From Bacillales bacterium UBA4951 (GTDB lineage: Bacteria > Bacillota_I > Bacilli_A > RFN20 > CAG-826): a stretch of 50,827 nt of DNA. The position numbers were made by a program, and so were the translations under genes. Location of the stretch: positions 50,545 to 101,371 of the forward strand of contig DHAP01000051.1 in the NCBI GenBank assembly GCA_002397465.1, in the 5' to 3' direction. A model generated the notes under the pieces. That model made no database searches, was not told the origin of the DNA, and saw only the letters and a program-made list of their open reading frames with translations. This document shows positions 36,060 through 46,278 of this stretch, piece by piece (the stretch's first letter is position 1; each line of letters begins with the position of its first letter).

Positions 36060-38429
36060 ATGAACGAAAACCCTAACAATAACAACAAGCTTGTGTTGCC
36101 CTTAGTCATCACCCGCGGGCTTCTCGTCTTCCCGAATATGATCGAGAGCATAGAAGTCAGCCGCCCTTTTTCCATGGCCGCCATCGACCAAGCCAAAAAC
36201 GTCACCAATTCTTTGCTGTTCGTGACCGCGCAGATAGACTCTGCCAAAGACGTCCTCACCGGAGATGGAGACGTCTATTTGGCTGGCTCGCTTTGCCGGA
36301 TCATCAGCTTCGTTTCGCAAGACAACTCAGACGGAAAAATCTATCGTGTGCGTGTAAGCGGGAGCCAGCGTATGCTCCTATCTTCTATTCATATGGACGG
36401 AGGCTCTTTCGTCGCGACTGGCGAAATCATACCCGATGTCTATGGAGACAAGGCAACCGAGAATGACCTAGCCCGTCAAGTCGTCAAATTCGTTGAGAGC
36501 AATCCTTCGATCGGACGTGACATTCCGCGCTCAGCCGTAAGCGATCTGACTTCGCCTAACGGAGCCTCGAGCTCAAAGATAGCCGATATATTGGGGGCTT
36601 ATCTCCCAATCGAGTTATCCGAAAGAGAAACCCTTATGGCCGAGGGCGACGTCAACGAGAGACTCAAGCACGTCTTGGAACTCGTCAGCCGTCAAAAAGA
36701 GATCGTCGAAATCGACGCCAAACTCAATGACACGGTCCGTGAAAGAGCCGAGAAATCCCAAAAGGAGTACTTCCTCCGTGAGAAGATGAAAGCCATCAAG
36801 GACGAACTTGGCGAAGGCCAAGATCTCGCCGACGATGAGTCTTCCATCAAAGAGAAACTTGAGAAGAACCCATACCCAGAAAACGTCAAATCCCGCATCA
36901 AAAGCGAGCTTCACCGTTACGAAATGATGCCGGAATCCTCTTTGGAGGCTTCCCTCATCATGAACTACATCGATGTTCTCATGAATGCCCCATGGTATCA
37001 GAAAACCGAGGACAACGATGATTTAGACAATGTCCAAAAAATCCTTGATGAAGACCATTATGGCTTGGAAAAAGTCAAAAAGAGAATCATCGAATATCTT
37101 GCCGTCAAACATTCTACCGGCAACCTCAAAGCCCCAATCCTTTGTTTCTTCGGGCCTCCGGGATGCGGCAAAACCTCTTTGGGCCGCAGCATCGCAAGAG
37201 CCCTCGGAAGGAAATTCTACAAAGCCTCTTTGGGCGGCATCAGCGACGAAGCCGAGATTCGTGGCCATCGCCGTACCTACGTCGGCTCTATGCCAGGACG
37301 CATCATCCAGGGCATGAGCAAAGCAGGGACCGTCAACCCGGTCTTCTTGCTTGACGAGATCGACAAAGTCGGGGCCTCTGGCTACAAAGGCGATCCTTCA
37401 AGCGCCTTGCTCGAGGTTTTGGACCCTGAGCAGAACTATGCCTTCAACGACAACTACATCGAGGAGCCTTATGACCTCTCGAACGTCCTCTTCATCGCGA
37501 CCGCGAACAACCTCGACAACGTGCCGGGACCGCTCCGTGATCGTCTTGAACTCATCGAAGTGCCTAGCTACACCGAACTTGAGAAGATGAAGATAGCCGA
37601 TGGCTTCCTTGTGAAGAAACAGATGGCTGCAAACGGTCTTAAAGACGGTGACATCAAATTCACCGATGACGGCATCAAAGAGATCATCGAGTTCTACACC
37701 CGCGAGGCGGGCGTCCGTGAACTTGAGAGATTGATTGCTAGCTGCTGCCGCAAAGCGGTCGTCGAAATCATCAAAGACCCAAACATCAAAAAGCCGTTGG
37801 TCGTCGATGCCGCTCAGGTCAAAAAGTACCTCGGCGTCGAGATATTCGAAGATACCAAGAAGGAGAAGAAGCCGCAGATCGGCGTCGTCACCGGCTTGGC
37901 ATACACGGATTTCGGAGGGGACATCCTTCCGATCGAAACCACCTATTTCCCAGGCAAGGGCGGACTCGTCCTCACTGGCAAACTTGGCGATGTCATGAAG
38001 GAAAGCGCCCAGATCGCCGTCGACTATGTGCGCGCCAACTCCAAGAAATACGGAATCGCGGATGAAATCTTCCAAAAGAACGACATCCACATCCATTTCC
38101 CAGAAGGCGCCGTTCCAAAAGACGGGCCTTCGGCCGGCGTGGCCATCACGACTGCCATTATCTCTTGCCTCACCCATAGCGAAGTCGACAACAACGTCGC
38201 CATGACTGGCGAGGTGACCTTACGCGGCAAAGCCCTTCCGATCGGCGGTCTCAGGGAGAAGTCCCTGGCGGCCCTACGAAGCGGCATCAAGACCATCATC
38301 GTCCCAGAAGACAACCGCAAGGATGTCTCTGAGCTTCCATCCGAGGTGAAGAAAGATCTCAAGATCGTCTTCATGAAGGACGTCGATGACGCGGTCAAAG
38401 TCGCGATACTCCCAAAAGGAGTCGCCTGA
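36060..38429 (+). CDS. lon: ATP-dependent Lon protease
   Basis: QKEYFLRE, DHYGLEKVK, GPPGCGKTS, RGHRRTYVG, PKDGPSAG, PIGGLREK. Confidence 0.98.
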   Translation: MNENPNNNNKLVLPLVITRGLLVFPNMIESIEVSRPFSMAAIDQAKNVTNSLLFVTAQIDSAKDVLTGDGDVYLAGSLCRIISFVSQDNSDGKIYRVRVSGSQRMLLSSIHMDGGSFVATGEIIPDVYGDKATENDLARQVVKFVESNPSIGRDIPRSAVSDLTSPNGASSSKIADILGAYLPIELSERETLMAEGDVNERLKHVLELVSRQKEIVEIDAKLNDTVRERAEKSQKEYFLREKMKAIKDELGEGQDLADDESSIKEKLEKNPYPENVKSRIKSELHRYEMMPESSLEASLIMNYIDVLMNAPWYQKTEDNDDLDNVQKILDEDHYGLEKVKKRIIEYLAVKHSTGNLKAPILCFFGPPGCGKTSLGRSIARALGRKFYKASLGGISDEAEIRGHRRTYVGSMPGRIIQGMSKAGTVNPVFLLDEIDKVGASGYKGDPSSALLEVLDPEQNYAFNDNYIEEPYDLSNVLFIATANNLDNVPGPLRDRLELIEVPSYTELEKMKIADGFLVKKQMAANGLKDGDIKFTDDGIKEIIEFYTREAGVRELERLIASCCRKAVVEIIKDPNIKKPLVVDAAQVKKYLGVEIFEDTKKEKKPQIGVVTGLAYTDFGGDILPIETTYFPGKGGLVLTGKLGDVMKESAQIAVDYVRANSKKYGIADEIFQKNDIHIHFPEGAVPKDGPSAGVAITTAIISCLTHSEVDNNVAMTGEVTLRGKALPIGGLREKSLAALRSGIKTIIVPEDNRKDVSELPSEVKKDLKIVFMKDVDDAVKVAILPKGVA

Positions 38430-38435
38430 TCAAAT

Positions 38436-38465
38436 GAGCCATTTCTTCGGAGATGGCTCTTTTTT
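38436..38465 (+). terminator. Terminator after lon
   Basis: GAGCCATTTC-TTCG-GAGATGGCTC plus T6. Confidence 0.85.
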
Positions 38466-38495
38466 ATCGCCTTCGTTTAGGGGATAATCTTCTTT

Positions 38496-39062
38496 ATGAT
38501 AAATTTCCATGACGCCCAATACATCATCTCCTGTCCCTCATTGGAGTTCAGGCCCAAAGACAAATACCCAGAGGTCGTCTTTTTGGGGCGCAGCAACGTC
38601 GGGAAAAGCACCTTGATCAACGCTCTTTGCTCCCAAAAGGTCGCCTTTGCCTCCAAAAGCGCAGGCAAGACCCAATATCTCAATTATTTCCTTATCGATA
38701 AAAGCTTCTACCTCGTCGATTCCCCAGGGTATGGGTTCACCAGCTATGGCAACCGTCTTGACGAGAGCTTCTCGGACATGATGGAGAGCTATTTCCATAA
38801 CCCATGCCTAAAAGGGGCCGTCATCCTCTTTGACGCCAGGAGGGAAAAACTAAACGAAGACGACGAAATGCTTCTTCGTTTCCTAAAAGAAGACAAAGTT
38901 CCGTTCCTCATCGTCTTCACGAAGTCCGATGTCGCCAACCAAAGCGAGCTGGCCAAGGCCAAAAGATTGGCGGAGAGCCTTTCTTCCGATGGAATCTATT
39001 TTTCCAGCAAAGGAAAGAAACTTGACCCCGTAAGAAGCGCCATCGCCAAACTGTTAGGCTAG
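38496..39062 (+). CDS. engB: Ribosome biogenesis GTPase YsxC/EngB
   Basis: GRSNVGKSTLIN, GKTQYLNYF, DSPGYG, TKSD. Confidence 0.95.
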   Translation: MINFHDAQYIISCPSLEFRPKDKYPEVVFLGRSNVGKSTLINALCSQKVAFASKSAGKTQYLNYFLIDKSFYLVDSPGYGFTSYGNRLDESFSDMMESYFHNPCLKGAVILFDARREKLNEDDEMLLRFLKEDKVPFLIVFTKSDVANQSELAKAKRLAESLSSDGIYFSSKGKKLDPVRSAIAKLLG

Positions 39063-39096
39063 CATTTTGCTTTTCTACTCTATATAATACCCCGCT

Positions 39097-40212
39097 ATGA
39101 AAAAACTTGATCCTTCTTTCTACGACAACAAGACGAACCTTGTCAATCTTTCGAATTCCATTCTGAAACACTTCGGCGTCGAGCCCTTCCATCCCTCGAT
39201 CCCTGAGGTCGACGAAGTCCTCAAAGGGCACGACAAGGTCTTGGTTTTCCTCTTTGACGGAGCAGGGGAAGCGATTTTGAACAGATGGAAATGGCAGACC
39301 CGCTTCATGAGAGAACACAAACTAATGACCATCCATTCGGTCAACCCGGCGACCACGGTTGCCTGCACGACCGCCTTCTTGACTGGAAGATATCCAATCG
39401 AAACCGGATGGTTAGGCTGGAGCCTTTACTTCAAAGAACTCGGATATCCGGTCGACGTCTTCACCAATGAGAATTCCCTTACCGGAGAAGTCCTTCCCGG
39501 CGAGAACATCATGGCCAAGAAATGCCCGATCAAGTACATTCACACGATCCTCAATGAGCATGGGGTCAAAGCCACATGCTTGCTGAGAAAGCCCCTTTGG
39601 GATGGCTTAGGGCCAGACAACCTCGAAGAATGCATCACGAAAACCGAGGATGCCTTCAAGAGCGGATCCAAGTTCGTCTATACCTATTGGACCGAGCCCG
39701 ACAAGTTCATCCATGAGTACGGCGTCGACCACAAAATAATCAAGAAGAACATGTCCGACATCAATAAGACCATCAAGGAATTCGTCAAGAGGAATCCTGA
39801 TGTCTTGGTCCTCTCGATCGCCGACCACGGCCTCATCAACGTCCAATACCGCGACCTTGTGGCCTTCAAAGAAATCGACGAATGCCTTGATAAGCCAATC
39901 TCATTGGAGGGAAGGACCCCGAACTTCTTCATCAAAAAAGGCTATGAGGAGCAATTCGTCGCCGCGATGAACAAGAGGATGCCCGACCTTTTCCTCATGA
40001 GCAAACAAGAAGCCATCGACAGCCATTACTTCGGCGAAGGCACGCCTTCGGAGGCCTCCTTGGAGTTCCTTGGCGATTATATCGGAGTCTCTTTGAACAA
40101 AGACGTCATCAACGACACCAGGCTCAACAACAACATCACCGTCCACGAAGGCCATCACGCCGGCGGAACGGTTGAGGAGAGGGAAGTCCTTTTAGCGGCC
40201 TATAACCGCTAA
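39097..40212 (+). CDS. Alkaline phosphatase superfamily (nucleotide pyrophosphatase/phosphodiesterase-like)
   Basis: FLFDG, SVNPATT, EPDKFIHEYG, IADHG, GHHAG metal-ligand motifs. Confidence 0.85.
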   Translation: MKKLDPSFYDNKTNLVNLSNSILKHFGVEPFHPSIPEVDEVLKGHDKVLVFLFDGAGEAILNRWKWQTRFMREHKLMTIHSVNPATTVACTTAFLTGRYPIETGWLGWSLYFKELGYPVDVFTNENSLTGEVLPGENIMAKKCPIKYIHTILNEHGVKATCLLRKPLWDGLGPDNLEECITKTEDAFKSGSKFVYTYWTEPDKFIHEYGVDHKIIKKNMSDINKTIKEFVKRNPDVLVLSIADHGLINVQYRDLVAFKEIDECLDKPISLEGRTPNFFIKKGYEEQFVAAMNKRMPDLFLMSKQEAIDSHYFGEGTPSEASLEFLGDYIGVSLNKDVINDTRLNNNITVHEGHHAGGTVEEREVLLAAYNR

Positions 40213-40251
40213 AACGATTGCCTTTGCCTTTCGAGAGGATATAATTTCCTT

Positions 40252-40452
40252 GCCGATGAGGAAAAGGGATCGCTGATTCTCTTCCTAGAGAGCCGCCATT
40301 TGGTGAAAGGCGGCAAGGGATAAGCGTGAGTCGTTTCTGAGGCTGAGGAGAGATCCTCCGTATGGCGCGTTAAGCTAACTGAGAGTCGGGGAGAGATCCC
40401 CGGAACAAGGGTGGTACCGCGCAACAGCGTCCCTACGAAGGGGCGTTTTTTT
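40252..40452 (+). ncRNA. T-box riboswitch, Val specifier
   Basis: AGAGAGC..GGTGAAA stem I; specifier GTC at 40330-32; AAGGGTGGTACCGCG at about 40407; terminator GCGTCCCT..AGGGGCG-T7. Confidence 0.92.
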
Positions 40453-40466
40453 ATGCCCCAGGAGGA

Positions 40467-43052
40467 TTGAACATGCTAGACAAGCATTATGACCACGAAA
40501 AAGTCGAAGAAGGCAAGTACGAGAACTGGAAGAAGAAGGGCTATTTCGCCTGCGGCGACAAAAGCAAACCGCCGTTTTCTTTGGTGATCCCGCCTCCAAA
40601 CGTCACCGGAAAACTTCATTTGGGCCATGTCATGGACACCATCCCTGACGACATCGTCGCCCGTTATAAAAAGATGAAAGGCTTCGACGTCCTCTGGGTT
40701 CCAGGCATGGACCATGCCGGAATCGCCACCCAAGCCAAAGTGGAGCAAAGGCTCCGCGAAAAAGGCATTTCCCGTTACGATTTGGGCCGGGAGAAATTCT
40801 TGGAAGAAGCCTGGAAATGGAAGGACGAATACGCCTTGACGATTCATGAGCAATGGGCGAAACTCGGCCTTTCGGTCGACTATTCCCGTGAGAGATTCAC
40901 TCTCGACGAGGGACTTTCCAACGCCGTCAAACACGTTTTCGTCAGCCTCTATAACGAAGGGCTTATCTACCAAGGCGAGAGGATCATCAATTGGGATCCA
41001 GAACTAAGGACCGCCCTCTCGAACATCGAAGTCATCCACAAAGACGACCAAGGCGAGTTTTTCTATTTTGATTACGACGTGGTCGGAAGCTACAAAAAAG
41101 TCGTCGTCGCCACAACCCGTCCGGAGACGATGTTCGGCGATACTGCCGTGTTCGTGAATCCGAAAGACAAGCGTTATAAAGATCTCATCGGCAAAAAGCT
41201 CATCAATCCGGCCAACGGGGACGAGCTGCCTTTGATGGCGGACTCTTATGTCGACATGTCCTTCGGGACCGGGGCCATGAAATGCACCCCAGCCCATGAC
41301 CCCAACGACTTTGCCTTAGCTAAGAAATACGGCTTCCCCTTCATAAAAGTTCTCGATGAATCCGCCAAGATGAATCACCTTGCCGGCAAATACGAGGGCA
41401 TGGACCGCTATGAGTGCCGCAAAGCCTTGGTGGAAGACATCAAGAAGAACGGGCACTTGGTCAAGATCGAGAAGATGGTTCACTCGGTCGGCCATAGCGA
41501 AAGAAGCGACGCCGTCGTCGAGCCGATGCTTTCGAAGCAGTGGTTCGTCAAGATGAAGCCATTGGCCGAGGAAGTCATCGCCAACCAACACTCTTCGAAC
41601 AAGGTGGAATTCATTCCAAAACGTTTTGAGAACGTTCTATTAAGATGGATGAAAAACTGCGATGACTGGTGCATATCCCGCCAGTTATGGTGGGGTCACC
41701 GCATACCGGCTTATTACAATAAAAAGACCGGTGAGATCCTTGTGAGCGAGACGGCTCCAGACATGAATGAATACCGTCAGGACGAAGACGTTCTCGACAC
41801 CTGGTTTTCCTCTGGATTATGGCCTTTCGCGACCATGGGCTGGCCGGACACCAACTCCGAGGACTTCAAGCGGTATTTCCCGACTTCCTTCCTCAACACC
41901 GGATACGACATCATCTTCTTCTGGGTGAGCCGCATGATTTTCCAAAGCCTTCACTTCACCCATGAGGTTCCTTTCAAGCAAGTTGTCATCCATGGCTTGA
42001 TCAGGGATGAGCAGGGGAGAAAGATGAGCAAGAGCTTGGGGAACGGCATCGACCCGCTTGACGTCATCGCCAAGTATGGCGTGGACGCCATGAGATATTT
42101 CATCACCACCAACAGCACTCCAGGAATGGACATGCGCTACAGCGATGAGAAGATGGCTTCCAGCGAAGCCTATCTCAACAAAATATGGAATGCCTGCCGC
42201 TACGTCGAAGGCGTTTTGGGCGAAGGATTCGTTCCTTCTAAGCCAGCCAAGAAGGATTTAGGCACCCTTGACGCTGCCATCATGGACAAGCTCCAAAAGA
42301 CCATCAAGAAGGTCACTTCCAAGATGGAGCAATATCAATTTGGTCAGGCTTCATCGTGCCTTTATGACTTTGTCTATGACGATTTCTGCTCTTCTTATCT
42401 CGAGATGAGCAAGATTGCCCTGACCCATGAAGGCAAAGAAAAGGAAGTCAGCAAAAACGTCCTTTATTTCGTGATGAGGGACATCATTTTGATGATCTAT
42501 CCATACGCTCCTTTCATCAGCGAGGAAATGTATCTTTCGCTTCCGACCCACCTTGAGAGCATCATGCTTGAGAGCTATCCGGAATTTGAGTCCGGCTATC
42601 TCAACAAGAAGGCCGTCGAAGCGTCGGAAATCCTTGAGCAAATGATCAAGGACATCCGCAACTACAAATCCTCACGCTCACTGGCCCCGAATGCCAAAGT
42701 CAAACTTACCCTTTCTCCAAAAGAGCCTTTTGCTGGTGCCAAAGAGTATCTTTCACGTTTCAGTTTCGCTTCTTCGATCGACGTCAAAGACGGCTCGCTT
42801 TCCGGAACGCCGTATATTTATTCCGGTTATGAATTGAGCGTGGAAGAAGACATCGATCCGGCGCTCCTTAAAGAAAAGCTTCTATCGGAAAAAGAAAAGT
42901 TGGTCTTCGAGGTGAGCCGCGGAGAGAAGATCCTTTCGAATCCGGGCTTCGTCAAAAAAGCCCCGAAGGAAAAGATCGACGCCGAGCAGGAAAAACTGGG
43001 AAAGAACAAAGAACTTCTCAAAGCCGTTGAGGACAAACTTGCTCTTTTATAA
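40467..43052 (+). CDS. valS: Valine--tRNA ligase
   Basis: PPPNVTGKLHLGH, DHAGIATQ, WCISRQLWWGH, KMSKS, C-terminal coiled coil; start is TTG 40467 or ATG 40473. Confidence 0.98.
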   Translation: MNMLDKHYDHEKVEEGKYENWKKKGYFACGDKSKPPFSLVIPPPNVTGKLHLGHVMDTIPDDIVARYKKMKGFDVLWVPGMDHAGIATQAKVEQRLREKGISRYDLGREKFLEEAWKWKDEYALTIHEQWAKLGLSVDYSRERFTLDEGLSNAVKHVFVSLYNEGLIYQGERIINWDPELRTALSNIEVIHKDDQGEFFYFDYDVVGSYKKVVVATTRPETMFGDTAVFVNPKDKRYKDLIGKKLINPANGDELPLMADSYVDMSFGTGAMKCTPAHDPNDFALAKKYGFPFIKVLDESAKMNHLAGKYEGMDRYECRKALVEDIKKNGHLVKIEKMVHSVGHSERSDAVVEPMLSKQWFVKMKPLAEEVIANQHSSNKVEFIPKRFENVLLRWMKNCDDWCISRQLWWGHRIPAYYNKKTGEILVSETAPDMNEYRQDEDVLDTWFSSGLWPFATMGWPDTNSEDFKRYFPTSFLNTGYDIIFFWVSRMIFQSLHFTHEVPFKQVVIHGLIRDEQGRKMSKSLGNGIDPLDVIAKYGVDAMRYFITTNSTPGMDMRYSDEKMASSEAYLNKIWNACRYVEGVLGEGFVPSKPAKKDLGTLDAAIMDKLQKTIKKVTSKMEQYQFGQASSCLYDFVYDDFCSSYLEMSKIALTHEGKEKEVSKNVLYFVMRDIILMIYPYAPFISEEMYLSLPTHLESIMLESYPEFESGYLNKKAVEASEILEQMIKDIRNYKSSRSLAPNAKVKLTLSPKEPFAGAKEYLSRFSFASSIDVKDGSLSGTPYIYSGYELSVEEDIDPALLKEKLLSEKEKLVFEVSRGEKILSNPGFVKKAPKEKIDAEQEKLGKNKELLKAVEDKLALL

Positions 43053-43077
43053 CGAAATCCGGGCATAAAAGCCAAAA

Positions 43078-43106
43078 GGCCTCTACATAAACGTGGAGGC
43101 TTTTTT
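43078..43106 (+). terminator. Terminator after valS, containing the SD of the next ORF
   Basis: GCCTCTAC-ataaac-GTGGAGGC followed by T6. Confidence 0.75.
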
Positions 43107-43107
43107 C

Positions 43108-43290
43108 ATGGAAGGAAAAGAACTTAGCCAAGTCGAGATGGAAAGCATCGAGCCAGGGGAGGCTTTGGCTTTCGCCGCCGTGATGGCCGTGATCGTCATC
43201 GCCGTGATGGCGGTGGTGTGCTACAAACTCATGCGGAGCCAAGACGGAGGAGTGAAATTGCCAGGCGGATGGCAGTTCACTTGGAAGTAA
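43108..43290 (+). CDS. 60-aa peptide with bacteriocin-like leader and hydrophobic core
   Basis: GGAGG 8 nt before ATG 43108; KELSQVEMESIEPG then a TM-length hydrophobic segment and LPGGWQFTWK. Confidence 0.7.
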   Translation: MEGKELSQVEMESIEPGEALAFAAVMAVIVIAVMAVVCYKLMRSQDGGVKLPGGWQFTWK

Positions 43291-43489
43291 GCCTAAAACA
43301 ATCGATAAAATCTAACTAAATAGGCATACCTTGGCTGCTATGCGGATATAAAAACGCAGCAGTATTTTTCCGTTTGGTTTCGATTGACGAAGACGCCGAG
43401 AACCGCCTTCTCCCTCATAAGAGGGAAGAAAGGCGTTTTTTCGTCATATTTCTCTTCAAAAATTCTTACTAAGTGGTATATTTATCACG

Positions 43490-43570
43490 TTGTCGCCCTC
43501 CTTAGGGCCTCAACCGCCTTACGACGGCATTCAACTTGATAGCAATATCAGGCCGCCATGAGCGAGTCTA
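43490..43570 (+). ncRNA. Probable ribosomal protein L21 leader RNA
   Basis: Structured 5' leader after TGgTATATT, ending in GCGAGTC, directly upstream of rplU. Confidence 0.5.
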
Positions 43571-43595
43571 AGCAAAAGAAAAAGGAGGAGCAAAC

Positions 43596-43904
43596 ATGTA
43601 CGCCATCGTAGAAACCGGCGGCAAGCAAATCAAAGTCTCAATCGGGGATAAGATCTACGTTGAGAAGATTGATGCTGAAGCTGGCAAAGACGTGACCATC
43701 GACAAAGTCTTGTATGTCGGCGGCGAGAAAACCATCGTCGGAAACCCTTACATCAAGGGTGCGACCGTGACCGCCAAAGTCGAGAAACAAGGCAAGAGCG
43801 CCAAGATCATCGTCTACAAGTACAAGAGCAAAACCAATGAGCGCAAGAAGCAAGGCCATAGACAGCCTTACACCTGCCTCGTTGTCAAAGCCATCAACGC
43901 CTAA
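43596..43904 (+). CDS. rplU: 50S ribosomal protein L21
   Basis: [21 protein letters not shown]. Confidence 0.98.
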   Translation: MYAIVETGGKQIKVSIGDKIYVEKIDAEAGKDVTIDKVLYVGGEKTIVGNPYIKGATVTAKVEKQGKSAKIIVYKYKSKTNERKKQGHRQPYTCLVVKAINA

Positions 43905-44212
43905 TGATCAAAATCACCCTTAAATCACAGAACGGAGAATTTGTCTCATTGGAGGCAAAAGGGCACGCCGGGTCCGGACCGTATGGTCATGACCTCGTCT
44001 GCGCGGCCATCAGTGCCGTCATCCTCGGAGGCCTTAACGCCCTCAAAGACGACGAGAGCTCATATTCCGTGAAAGTTGAGGAAGGGCATACGCTTCTAGA
44101 GAGAAACAAAACTCTCAGCGAGCATGATACGATCGTCATTGAGACAATCGTCAAGCAAATAGAAAGCATCGCCGAGTCCCATCCGGACAACGTGAAGCTA
44201 GAAAGGAAATAA
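43904..44212 (+). CDS. prp: Ribosomal-processing cysteine protease Prp
   Basis: GHA..G.DLVCAAIS between rplU and rpmA. Confidence 0.95.
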   Translation: MIKITLKSQNGEFVSLEAKGHAGSGPYGHDLVCAAISAVILGGLNALKDDESSYSVKVEEGHTLLERNKTLSEHDTIVIETIVKQIESIAESHPDNVKLERK

Positions 44213-44215
44213 GCC

Positions 44216-44506
44216 ATGAAGTTCTATATCGATCTCCAATTATTCGCTTCCAAAAAAGGCGTTTCGAGCACCAAGAACGGCCGTGATTCTGCCGGTCGTA
44301 GGCTTGGCTGCAAAGTTGGTGATGGCCAATTCGTGACTGCCGGAAGCATTCTTTACCGCCAAAGAGGCACTAAAATGGCCCCAGGCGAGAATACCAAAAA
44401 AGGTGGGGATGATTCAATATTCGCCCTCATCGACGGCATCGTGAAGTTTGAGCGTGTCGGAAAGACCGGCAAGCGCGTCAGCGTTTACGCCCAAGACGCC
44501 AAGTAG
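44216..44506 (+). CDS. rpmA: 50S ribosomal protein L27 with cleavable N-terminal extension
   Basis: [10 protein letters not shown]|[18 protein letters not shown]. Confidence 0.98.
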   Translation: MKFYIDLQLFASKKGVSSTKNGRDSAGRRLGCKVGDGQFVTAGSILYRQRGTKMAPGENTKKGGDDSIFALIDGIVKFERVGKTGKRVSVYAQDAK

Positions 44507-44520
44507 TTGATAAACAAACT

Positions 44521-44550
44521 AACGGTCTCCTTAACGGGGGCCGTTTTTTT
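44521..44550 (+). terminator. Terminator after rpmA
   Basis: AACGGTCTCC-ttaac-GGGGGCCGTT plus T-tract. Confidence 0.85.
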
Positions 44551-44587
44551 CTTCACAAAATGACATGGCGCGGTAAAATTACAACAA

Positions 44588-46210
44588 ATGAAAAAGAAAT
44601 CATTAATCTTCCTCTTTGTTCTTCCGCTTACCTTAGGATGTCTCTTCTCGTGCGCTGGCTCTTCCCTGAGCAGCGAAGTCGAACTGAGCAAGACGACTGA
44701 CAAATATCGCACATATTATCAGATATTCCCTTACTCGTATGCTGACTCAAACGGCGATGGCATCGGGGATCTCAAAGGAATCGAGGACAAACTTGACTAC
44801 ATAGATTCATTGCATTACGACGGAATCTATCTGAACCCCATTTGCAGCGCGACCTCATATCACAAATATGACGTCAGGGACTATTACAACGTCGATAGCC
44901 AGTTCGGCACCCTTGATGATTTCGACTCTTTGGTGAATAAAGCCCACGAAAAGGGCATGACAGTCGTCTTCGACCTCGTCATCAACCACACGAGCTTGTC
45001 GAATTCTTGGTTCACCAAATGCTTCAACGCCCACATAAACGAAAACGCAAGCGAGGATGACCTCTATTACAAAGACTTTTACCCAATCGTCGACACGCCT
45101 GACGGAACCTCAACCATTCCCTATACCGCCTATGGTAAAACCGTTTATTACGAGCAGTCGTTCAGCGGCGACATGGCCGATTTGAATCTCAAAGACGTCA
45201 TCGAACACCCTGATGGCAATTTGGCGACTGAACTCAAAAAGGTCATCAAATTCTGGCTGGTAGACCATGACGTCGATGGATTCCGACTCGATGCCGTCAC
45301 GAGTTTCTTCGGCAAATCGAACACCATCTACAATGATGCGACCGCCACGTTCCTCAAATGGTTCCATGACTACGCGGTCAGTCTGAAAGAGGACGTCTAC
45401 ATCGTCGGCGAAGGCAGTTGGGGCGATCCGACAACCTACAACAAGCCGATGCAAGCTTATAGCGGAATCGATTCGTTCTTCAATTTTCAAGACAAAGGAT
45501 CGCAGGGGATTTGCGGCATGCTGTCGAGGAATTCCTCCTTATGCAAAGCCACTTACTTCGGGAGCCTTGAAAAGGGCAACGCCGCTTCGGTCTCTTCAAG
45601 CGGCATATCATCGAGCTTCATCGCCAATCATGATACCGGAAGGCTCTATGGGGCCAGCACCGGAAGCGTTGGGACAGCCTATCCGAGGATGGCCCACGCC
45701 TTGCTTCAGATGCTGAAAGGCGATACCTATCTTTATTATGGAGACGAAGCCGGAATGAGTTTGGCTGGCACGAGCGACCCCGACATCAGGCAACCTATGC
45801 CTTGGGGCGACTCTTATACGTGCACGGCCTGTCCGGGGACCACGAGCACGAAGGATGAATATCGTTACAAGTACGGAACCGTTGCTTCACAGTTAGAAGA
45901 CGCCGACTCCTTGCCAAACTATGTGAAGAAGGTCAACTATGCAAGAAGGCTTCACCCAGCCATCTCGCATTCGGATGGGACCCTCGTCGCCTCTAATTCA
46001 GACTCTTCGATGGCGGCTTATGAAAAGAAATATGGCAATGATGACGTCATCATTGCGATCAACGCTTCAAAAACCGATGAGCAAACCCTGACGATCGGCG
46101 ATGGCAGCTACTCTTTGAGCAACGATCTTTCAACGAGTGGGAATGCCACTTTGTCTGGGAAAGACTTGACGGTTCCCGCTCTTTCAGTGGTGGTCTTGAA
46201 CGTAAAATAA
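44588..46210 (+). CDS. Lipoprotein GH13 alpha-amylase
   Basis: Lipobox LFS-C; YADSNGDGIGDLKG, YHKYDV, DLVINH, GFRLDAV, VGE, ANHD. Confidence 0.9.
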   Translation: MKKKSLIFLFVLPLTLGCLFSCAGSSLSSEVELSKTTDKYRTYYQIFPYSYADSNGDGIGDLKGIEDKLDYIDSLHYDGIYLNPICSATSYHKYDVRDYYNVDSQFGTLDDFDSLVNKAHEKGMTVVFDLVINHTSLSNSWFTKCFNAHINENASEDDLYYKDFYPIVDTPDGTSTIPYTAYGKTVYYEQSFSGDMADLNLKDVIEHPDGNLATELKKVIKFWLVDHDVDGFRLDAVTSFFGKSNTIYNDATATFLKWFHDYAVSLKEDVYIVGEGSWGDPTTYNKPMQAYSGIDSFFNFQDKGSQGICGMLSRNSSLCKATYFGSLEKGNAASVSSSGISSSFIANHDTGRLYGASTGSVGTAYPRMAHALLQMLKGDTYLYYGDEAGMSLAGTSDPDIRQPMPWGDSYTCTACPGTTSTKDEYRYKYGTVASQLEDADSLPNYVKKVNYARRLHPAISHSDGTLVASNSDSSMAAYEKKYGNDDVIIAINASKTDEQTLTIGDGSYSLSNDLSTSGNATLSGKDLTVPALSVVVLNVK

Positions 46211-46278
46211 GAAAATCGTTCTTCTCTACGAAACAAAAAGGACGATAATATAAGAAACAGAAAGGTCGCCTCCTTCCT

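Noticed and set aside
35236-38398. Long antisense ORFs (211 aa, 259 aa) inside tig and lon
   Set aside because: Expected shadow of strong codon bias in highly expressed genes; no protein motifs.
43596-44506. L27 N-terminal extension and prp as a novelty
   Set aside because: Well-known Firmicute rplU-prp-rpmA system.
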